Source: an uncultured delta proteobacterium (lineage in GTDB: Bacteria; Desulfobacterota; Binatia; UBA9968). From it: DNA of 64,000 bases. Below, piece after piece: positions 57,010-64,000 of this stretch. A program made the translations under genes and the position numbers. Position 1 is the stretch's first letter, and the number at the start of each line of letters is the position of its first letter. The notes under the pieces are model-generated. The model saw nothing but the letters and a program-made list of their open reading frames with translations. It was not told the origin of the DNA and did no database searches. The DNA lies in the NCBI GenBank assembly GCA_963816145.1, contig CAWFJP010000005.1, forward strand, positions 64,001-128,000, written 5' to 3'.

Positions 57010-58332
57010 TTATTTTTGCAGCTCGCGCGCGATGCGCTCCACTTCCTCGAGCACCCGGAGCAGATTGCCGCCCCAGAGTTTTTCGATCTGTGCTTCGGTG
57101 TAGCCGCGTCGAACGAGTTCCACTGTTACGTTCAACGTCTCGCTGGCGTCGTTCCAGCCGATAACGCCGCCGCCGCCGTCGAAGTCCGACGAGATGCCGA
57201 CATGGTCGATGCCGAGAAGTTTGACGGCGTGGTCGATATGATCGACGAAGTCTTTGAGATTCGCCGGCGCATCGCCAGCGAATTGTTTGTCGATCTCGGC
57301 AAGTTTGTCGTCGTAGTCGCGACGCTTGTCCGGCGGCAGCGCTTTTAAAGCGAACTGGTGTCGCGCACGCTGGCCGGGGCCGGTGGGCTCGGGGAGATTG
57401 AACTCTCTGCGCGCGGCGGCGAGCGCGGCTTTTCGTTCCGGTGAGTCCGGTTTGCCGCACTTGACGAAGCTGTCGTAGGCGACCACTTGGATGACCCCGC
57501 CGGACTTCTTGAGAGCGAGCAATTGCTCGTCGTCCATGTTGCGGCTGATATCGCACAGGGCGCGCATGGCGGAGTGGGAGGCGATGATCGGCGCTTTGGA
57601 CAGCGTGGCGGTCTGCATCATCGTTTGTTTGGACGCGTGCGAGACGTCGACCATGATGCCCCAACGGTTCAACTCGGCGATGACTTGGCTGCCGAGGGGG
57701 GAGACCCCTTGCCACTTCCAACCGTCGCGTTCGCCGGTGTGAGAGTCGGCGAGCTGGTTGTGGCCGTTATGGGTGAGCGAGAGGTAACGCGCGCCGCGGT
57801 CGTAGAATTGCTTGACCCTGGCGATCTCCTCGCCGAGCGGATAGCCGTTCTCGACGCCCATGAGCGCAGCTTTCTTGCCTTGGGCGTTGATCCTGCGGAC
57901 ATCGGCGGCGCTCAACGCCAACTCGATCTTGTCCGTGGCGACCTCTTCGGTGAAACGGTGCACCGCCTCGAACTTCTCGACAACGAGGTTGTAAGCCCGC
58001 TCGTAGCCCGCTTGTTTGAGGGCGTCAGGATTTTGCGCTTCGCGGGTCTGGCCGACGTAGATACTGAAGAATAGCGCGTCGAGACCGCCGTCGATCATGT
58101 TGGGCAGATTGAACTGAGTCTCGAGCCGTTCGGTGTAGTTGCGCGCACTGGTCAAATCCGCCGGCGCGAAGTCGATGTGGGTGTCGAGGGTGATGACTTT
58201 CTCATGGATCGCGCGGGCTTGCTTGAGCAGTTGGTTTTCGGCGGGTGATTTTTGCGTAAAGTACATTGGACTACATCCGATGGCAGAAACGGCGATTAAT
58301 AGCCAGAGAACGAACGACGTCTTATGAAACAT
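57010..58332 (-). CDS. Membrane dipeptidase (M19), lipoprotein
   Basis: Lipobox AIGC; DTHID, GVEN, LTHNGHN, DVSH, ASHS, SSDFDGGG. Confidence 0.92.
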   Translation of the reverse strand: MFHKTSFVLWLLIAVSAIGCSPMYFTQKSPAENQLLKQARAIHEKVITLDTHIDFAPADLTSARNYTERLETQFNLPNMIDGGLDALFFSIYVGQTREAQNPDALKQAGYERAYNLVVEKFEAVHRFTEEVATDKIELALSAADVRRINAQGKKAALMGVENGYPLGEEIARVKQFYDRGARYLSLTHNGHNQLADSHTGERDGWKWQGVSPLGSQVIAELNRWGIMVDVSHASKQTMMQTATLSKAPIIASHSAMRALCDISRNMDDEQLLALKKSGGVIQVVAYDSFVKCGKPDSPERKAALAAARREFNLPEPTGPGQRARHQFALKALPPDKRRDYDDKLAEIDKQFAGDAPANLKDFVDHIDHAVKLLGIDHVGISSDFDGGGGVIGWNDASETLNVTVELVRRGYTEAQIEKLWGGNLLRVLEEVERIARELQK

Positions 58333-58462
58333 CTTGCGTCTTTCAATGTTGCCACCGTATCACAGTTTGCGATCGCAGTGCGACGAACATTTAGCGCCGG
58401 AAAGTAGGTCGTTTGCTTGCGTATCCCTTGACAGCAAACCAATTATTCGCGCAATTGACCTG

Positions 58463-59686
58463 ATGGAGCGAAAATGGTGGATCGTCATCGCCGGTTGTAT
58501 CACCCACGCGGTGAACACCGGCTTTTGTTATTTCGGCATGAGCGCGTTCTTTCCTTCCTTCGAGCGGGAATTTGGCTGGAGTCGCACGGCGATCTCGGGC
58601 GCGTTTTCTCTGGCCCGTGTCGAGTCGGGAATACTCGGTCCTATCGAAGGCTACATCGTCGATCGCGTCGGCGCCCAGCGCATCATGTACATCGGCATCG
58701 CCGTTTGTGTGTTAGGTTTTTTTTTCCTTAGTTTTGTCAATACATTAACGATGCTCTACTTGGCGATCGTCGTCGGCATCGTCCTCGGTTCCAGTCTTGG
58801 CTATCTCGTGCCGATCAGCGTGTTGATAGCCAAAGCGTTTCGGGAAAAGCGTAGTCTTGCGTTTGGCATCTTTCGCACCGGCCCGGGCATCTCCGGCGCC
58901 CTGGTGCCGTTTGTTGGTTGGATGATCGTCTCTTGGGGTTGGCGCGGCGCGGCAGTGGCGTCCGCGGCGATACTCCTTACAGTCGGATTCCCGCTGGCCT
59001 GGTTTATCAATCGTGTTTACAACCAGTATGAATCTGCCGCGCTTACTGCGACTGCGCCGGAGGGTTCTTTGCAGCGCGCGACGTCATTTGCGGACGACCC
59101 ACAATATACGCTCAAAGAAGCGCTGCACACCAAACTATTCTGGTTGTTTTCTGTCGCTATGGCGTTTCGCCATTTGGTCACCGAAGGGGTGTCGGTGCAT
59201 TTTGTCATCCTGCTCGTCGATCGCGGTTGGAGCACCGCGGCGGCGAGTAGTTTGCTCGGCGTTTCGGCGATGATCGGCGCGCCGGCGCGGCTGCTGATGG
59301 GCTGGCTCGGCGATATTCTCGACAAGCGGCATTTGGCGATGGCGCTGTTGGCGACTTTGAGCGTTTCGGTGTTGCTGATGGGCTGGAGTGCTGAGCCGGC
59401 GCTATTCACAACCTGCATGATCGTCTATTCGTTGGCGTACGGCGGACTCGCGGCGTTGCAAGAGCCGATCCGCGCCGACTATTTTGGCACCCGCGCTTTT
59501 GCGACCATTCAGGGCGTGAGTCGGTCGGTGACGACCGCAGGAACTTTCATGGGTCCGATCCTCGCGGGAGTTTTCTACGACATGACGAAAAGTTATACCG
59601 TCGCCTTTGCGATTTTCGCGGTCATGAGCCTGGTCTCGATGTTTTTCATGTTCCTGGCCAAGCCGCCACGAAGAATTGAGAATTGA
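58463..59686 (+). CDS. MFS transporter (OFA/MCT-like)
   Basis: EFGWSRT.ISGAFS, G..VDRVG, ADYFG...FATI.G, G.FYD.T.SY. Confidence 0.9.
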   Translation: MERKWWIVIAGCITHAVNTGFCYFGMSAFFPSFEREFGWSRTAISGAFSLARVESGILGPIEGYIVDRVGAQRIMYIGIAVCVLGFFFLSFVNTLTMLYLAIVVGIVLGSSLGYLVPISVLIAKAFREKRSLAFGIFRTGPGISGALVPFVGWMIVSWGWRGAAVASAAILLTVGFPLAWFINRVYNQYESAALTATAPEGSLQRATSFADDPQYTLKEALHTKLFWLFSVAMAFRHLVTEGVSVHFVILLVDRGWSTAAASSLLGVSAMIGAPARLLMGWLGDILDKRHLAMALLATLSVSVLLMGWSAEPALFTTCMIVYSLAYGGLAALQEPIRADYFGTRAFATIQGVSRSVTTAGTFMGPILAGVFYDMTKSYTVAFAIFAVMSLVSMFFMFLAKPPRRIEN

Positions 59687-59803
59687 CAATGGAGAATTGA
59701 TGACCTCGGATTTCTAACCTTGGATTTTCATTCTCCATTTTCCATTTTCAATTCTCCATTTGCTTGTAGTAGGATCGCGCCATCTTGCGCCAGGAGAACT
59801 TCC

Positions 59804-60862
59804 ATGAAAGCTGCGGTTCTGCACGAACTCAATAAACCCATGACCATCGAAGATTTCGAGATTCCCGGGATCGGGCCAGATGAAGTCTTGATCAAGGTCA
59901 AAGCCTGCGGCGTTTGTCATACCGACTTCAAAGTCATCGAAGGACGAATTCCCAGTAAGGTGCCAACCATCATCGGCCACGAAGTCTCCGGCACCATCGC
60001 CGAAGTCGGATTGAGCCAGCGCGGCGCGTTCAAAGCCGGGGACTCGGTCATCGTCGGCACGCGTTACCGCTGCGGCCATTGCCAATATTGCTTGGCGGGA
60101 CGGGAAAACCTGTGCCGGGCGCGGCCGGCGCCAGCGTCGCTGAAGCGCACCGACGGCCGGGAGATCTTTCGCTGGAACGTCGGCGGCTTCTCGCAGTATC
60201 TCGCCTTGCCGGGCTACATGGTTTTCAAATTGCCGGACGGCTTGTCGCTCGATGAAGCGAGCGTCGTCGGATGCCGCATGACCACGGCTTACAACGCGGT
60301 GAAAAACTCAGCCGAGATCAAGCCCGGGGACTCCGCACTGGTTATCGGCTGCGGCGGCGTCGGCTTGAATACGATTCAATTCTTGCGCACCTTTGGCGCC
60401 TATCCGATCATCGCCGTCGATCTTTACGACCATAAGCTCGAAGCGGCGAAGAAGTTCGGCGCGACGCATACGATCAATGGCTCAAAGGAAGATCCGGTCA
60501 AAGCGGTGCGCGACCTGACCGACGGTGGCGTGAATAAATCGTTCGAAGCTTTGGGCAACGTCAAAACTTCGGATCAGATCATCCAAGCGACCCGGCCGGG
60601 CGGCACGGCGACGATCATCGGCGGCCTCGGCAAAGTGCCGTTCACCATCAGCGACGGTAGTTTCACCATGCAGGAGATCAAGATCGCCGGCGTGGCACTG
60701 CGCCGGCCCACCGATGTCGTCGAGGTGCTTAACATGGTGCGCGACAAACGCGTCGAGGTTTCCGGGTTGGTCTCGAAGCGTTACAGCTACGACCAAATCA
60801 ACGATGCGTTTCACGATTTGGAAGCGGGAAAGAATTTGATGGGCATAACCGTCTGGAACTGA
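59804..60862 (+). CDS. Zn-dependent alcohol dehydrogenase
   Basis: GVCHTD, GHE, CGHCQYC...C, GCGGVG; AGGAG RBS. Confidence 0.92.
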   Translation: MKAAVLHELNKPMTIEDFEIPGIGPDEVLIKVKACGVCHTDFKVIEGRIPSKVPTIIGHEVSGTIAEVGLSQRGAFKAGDSVIVGTRYRCGHCQYCLAGRENLCRARPAPASLKRTDGREIFRWNVGGFSQYLALPGYMVFKLPDGLSLDEASVVGCRMTTAYNAVKNSAEIKPGDSALVIGCGGVGLNTIQFLRTFGAYPIIAVDLYDHKLEAAKKFGATHTINGSKEDPVKAVRDLTDGGVNKSFEALGNVKTSDQIIQATRPGGTATIIGGLGKVPFTISDGSFTMQEIKIAGVALRRPTDVVEVLNMVRDKRVEVSGLVSKRYSYDQINDAFHDLEAGKNLMGITVWN

Positions 60863-60998
60863 GAACCGAGCATGTTCCGCGTTCAGCCGTTCAAAACGTT
60901 GGATGACCCTGGAGCAGTGTACCGGTAGCGTGAGTCCGGGTTGACTTCCCCATCACTCCATCGCTCCAATACTCCAATTTATCTTTTCGGGAGCAATC

Positions 60999-62060
60999 AT
61001 GGACTACAAGATTATCGATGCCGATGGTCACGTGATCGAAGACGATAGCTTGTTCGATTATCTCGACCTTTCATACAGGGCTCAGGATCATCAGTTGAGT
61101 TGGGACCGGTTGTTTCCTTCGCTCGATTTTCATCATATCGGCGGCCATTCGACGCGTAATAAGAAGTCGTTCGGCGGCGGCAAGCGGGTGGGGCCCAAGG
61201 AGTGGCTGGAGTTTGTCGAGATGGCGGATCTCGAATACGCGGTGCTTTATCCGACCAAGGGGCTGCGCATCGGCAACATCAGCCATCCCGATTGGGCCTG
61301 CTTCGTCGCGCGCGCGTACAACGATTGGCTGCATGATCGCTACTTGAAAGCGAGCCCGCGTTTGAAAGGGATGGCGCTTTTGCCACTGCAAGATGTCGAC
61401 GAAGCCGTCGTCGAGCTACGCCGGGCGATCACCAAATTGGGTTTCGTCGGCGCCATGCTGCCGTCGCGCGGTTTGCCCTTCGACCTAGGCCACAAAACGT
61501 ATTGGCCGGTTTACGCCGAAGCGGAGCGTTTGGGCTGCGCGTTGGGCGTGCATGGCGGAGCGCACCACAGCATGGGCCTGGATACATTTGAAACCTTTGT
61601 GCCGATTCACGCGCTCGGCCATCCGTTGTCGTTGATTATCGCCTTTACCGGCATGGTGTACCATGGCGTGTTCAACCAGTTCCCGCGACTGCGCATGGGT
61701 TTTCTTGAAGGCGGCGCGGGCTGGGTGACCTTCTGGATGGATCGGCTCGACCGATCGCATTCTTATCATCTCGAACTCAATTTGCGCGGCAAGTACCAAG
61801 GGCCGTCGACGGACGATGTGCCGAGCGACTATATTAAAAAAGGGCAAGTTTATATCGGCTGCGAAGGCAACGAAGAAGGCTTGCCCTACCAAATCCAGCG
61901 CGCTGGCAATCAACATTTTCTCTTCGCCAGCGACTTTCCGCATGAGATCGGCCCCGACGATATTTTGCACGAGATCGAGGAAGTCGCGGAAGCGCCGCTC
62001 TCGGACGCCGACAAACGCGCGGTGCTTAGAGAGAACGCCAAGCGGTTTTATCAGATTTAG
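60999..62060 (+). CDS. Amidohydrolase_2 family protein
   Basis: IIDADGHV.E, RAYNDWL, LEGGAGW, ASDFPHE. Confidence 0.9.
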   Translation: MDYKIIDADGHVIEDDSLFDYLDLSYRAQDHQLSWDRLFPSLDFHHIGGHSTRNKKSFGGGKRVGPKEWLEFVEMADLEYAVLYPTKGLRIGNISHPDWACFVARAYNDWLHDRYLKASPRLKGMALLPLQDVDEAVVELRRAITKLGFVGAMLPSRGLPFDLGHKTYWPVYAEAERLGCALGVHGGAHHSMGLDTFETFVPIHALGHPLSLIIAFTGMVYHGVFNQFPRLRMGFLEGGAGWVTFWMDRLDRSHSYHLELNLRGKYQGPSTDDVPSDYIKKGQVYIGCEGNEEGLPYQIQRAGNQHFLFASDFPHEIGPDDILHEIEEVAEAPLSDADKRAVLRENAKRFYQI

Positions 62061-62576
62061 GATTGGGAAATTTAACCGCAAAAAGCGCAAAAAGCACAAA
62101 TTTAATTCGGGATATCTCCCGCAAAGGCGCCAAGGCGCAAAGTTCGGAAGAAAAGTCATCATCCAATCCGGTGATCCGACCTTGAACTTTTGGGTCATCG
62201 CGTAATCGAGTGGGCGCTGACTTAATGGCAAATTACTCTCCCATGGCCGGTTCCTCCCTTTCGCAAAGGGAGTTAGGAGGGATTTTTCATGGCTTGAAAG
62301 ATCGTCTTCTGCACAAAATCCCCCCAACCCCCCTTTTCTAAAGGGGGGGAAACCTACAAGAACAGCATTTCTCAACAAATTTCACCCACTCGATTACGCG
62401 AAGAGCCGAACTTTTGAACCCTTGAACATTGAACTCTGCGCCAGCGCCCGCCGACGAATTGAACGGCTTGAACGATTTGAGCGTGTTGAACAAATTCGTC
62501 CGAATAACAGCTTGACAATAAACCCTGAGTCGATAGATAGATAGCCGCGGTAAACCCTGAATCGAGAGGGCGGATC

Positions 62577-63641
62577 ATGCGGCAGAATCGTTTCCCGGTG
62601 ATCGACGGCGACGGCCATATCACCGAGCGCAGTAAAGAGATTCTCGAATTCCTCGGTGGCAACTATCGCGGCACTTCGAAGGACGAAAGTTGGGCCGATA
62701 CATTCTCGCCATTTCCTTCCCTCGACGGTTGGGCACGGCTCTCCGGTATGAGTTCGCCTGGGCTGCGCGATTATCCCGACTGCGATACCTGGATTTCATT
62801 TCTCGATGAGTGCGGCATTCAGACGACTGTGGTTTATCCCACCGCTGCGCTGGCGTTCGGCTTGATCCAAGATCCGGCCTGGGCGGTGGAGATCGCCCGC
62901 GCTTATAATTCCTGGCTGCACGCGACCTACACGAAAAAGACCCCGCGCATCCTCGGCGCGGCGATCATCCCGATCCACGATGTGCCGGCGGCGGTCCAGG
63001 AAATGCGCCGGGTGAAAAACGATCTCGGCATGCCGGGCGTGATGTTTCCCTCGGTGACGCGCCTGCGCAAGGGCTACGGTCATGAGAGCTTTTTCCCGCT
63101 CTACGAAGAAGCCTGCAGGCTCGACCTGCCGATCGCCATTCACGGCGCGCCGAGCCGCGGTTTGGGCTTCGACTTCTTCGATTCGTTCGCTGAAGTTCAC
63201 GCTCTCGAACATCCGCTGCCGCTGATGATTCAGATGACCAACATGATTTTTCAGGGGGTATTCGAGCTGTTCCCGCAGTTGCGCGTCGCCTATCTCGAAG
63301 CCGGCGCGGGCTGGGTGCCGTTCATGATGGATCGGCTCGACGAGGACTTCGAGCGGCGCGGTAAGAAATGGGCGCCGCGTCTGAAGAAGCGACCGAGCGA
63401 TTACATTACTGGCGGGCAGGTTTATGTGTCCTTGGAGTCCGAGGAAAGAACCCTGCCTTACGTTCTCGAACTGTTCGGTGAGGATCATATTTTCTTCGCC
63501 TCGGATTATCCGCACGAGCGCCAGCGGGCGCAGTACCTGCATGACATTCCCGAACTCGAAGCGCGGACCGATATTTCCGATACCGCCAAACGCAAGATTT
63601 TGGCGGACAACGCAAGAACGTTTTATCGATTGGCCGATTGA
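62577..63641 (+). CDS. Amidohydrolase_2 family protein
   Basis: IDGDGHI.E, RAYNSWL, LEAGAGW, ASDYPHE. Confidence 0.9.
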   Translation: MRQNRFPVIDGDGHITERSKEILEFLGGNYRGTSKDESWADTFSPFPSLDGWARLSGMSSPGLRDYPDCDTWISFLDECGIQTTVVYPTAALAFGLIQDPAWAVEIARAYNSWLHATYTKKTPRILGAAIIPIHDVPAAVQEMRRVKNDLGMPGVMFPSVTRLRKGYGHESFFPLYEEACRLDLPIAIHGAPSRGLGFDFFDSFAEVHALEHPLPLMIQMTNMIFQGVFELFPQLRVAYLEAGAGWVPFMMDRLDEDFERRGKKWAPRLKKRPSDYITGGQVYVSLESEERTLPYVLELFGEDHIFFASDYPHERQRAQYLHDIPELEARTDISDTAKRKILADNARTFYRLAD

Positions 63642-63836
63642 AAATCGAGGTTCATCTGGGATTTGTGTGGAAGGAATATTCACCACGAAGGACACGAAGA
63701 GCATGAAGTTCGGAGAATTAATCATCCGGAAACTTCGTATCGTTCGTGATCTTCGTGGCGAAAGAATCTAATATGACGATGCTAGATTGCCCGTCGGGAA
63801 ACGTGAAAAGCCAAGATTGATTATGACGGAGGCGTG

Positions 63837-64000
63837 ATGATGAAACTTGCCAATATCGGCCTACGAATGTTCTTGGCATCGCAGCTATTGATTCTGCCGC
63901 TATTTTCGTTGCCGGACGCTAAGGCGGCGAAGCTCGATTGCAGCTCCGGTGGTAGCGCGAGTAACGACCTGCCGCGCACCGCCGCGATCGCCACCAACCC
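63837..64000 (+). CDS. 5' part of an exported protein, possibly a TAXI-type TRAP solute receptor (partial)
   Basis: GGAGG RBS; MMKLANIGLRMFLASQLLILPLFSLPDAKA signal, then ..LPRTAAIATN(P); cut off by the window end. Confidence 0.45.
   Translation, partial: MMKLANIGLRMFLASQLLILPLFSLPDAKAAKLDCSSGGSASNDLPRTAAIATN

Noticed and set aside
56978-57721. 5' extension of the 382-aa ORF 56573-57721
   Set aside because: It overlaps the dipeptidase in another frame; the real VOC gene starts at 56977 after a strong RBS.

Overview
A 64 kb GC-rich bacterial chromosome segment with no rRNA, tRNA, CRISPR array, integrase or transposase. It is dominated by catabolic and transport genes: nine intact NMT1/SsuA/TauA-type ABC substrate-binding proteins (plus one collapsed remnant) but only one permease, three amidohydrolase_2 enzymes, three luciferase-like (LLM) oxidoreductases, three VOC proteins, three MFS transporters, two Zn-ADHs, a thiolase-like/DUF35 pair, a CoA transferase, a MetE-like protein and others. 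This repertoire, together with dense short intergenic palindromes and heptamer repeats, suggests Candidatus Binatota (UBA9968-like); that assignment is inference only. The most notable accessory features are: (i) a patatin phospholipase paired with a small internally duplicated PGDYG-like protein; (ii) an orphan AT-richer gene with a HEPN-like RxxxxxH motif; (iii) a ~205 bp dispersed element with IS200/IS605-like end hairpins around a REP doublet; (iv) a REP-like palindrome inserted in-frame in an ADH gene; (v) a gene-poor, AT-richer stretch at ~39.8-44.6 kb carrying a stand-alone A-T didomain NRPS-like gene; (vi) an exported trypsin-like protease plus FHA-membrane protein pair; (vii) a HicAB module; and (viii) several pseudogenes. 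All product calls come from motif recognition by eye, not database searches.
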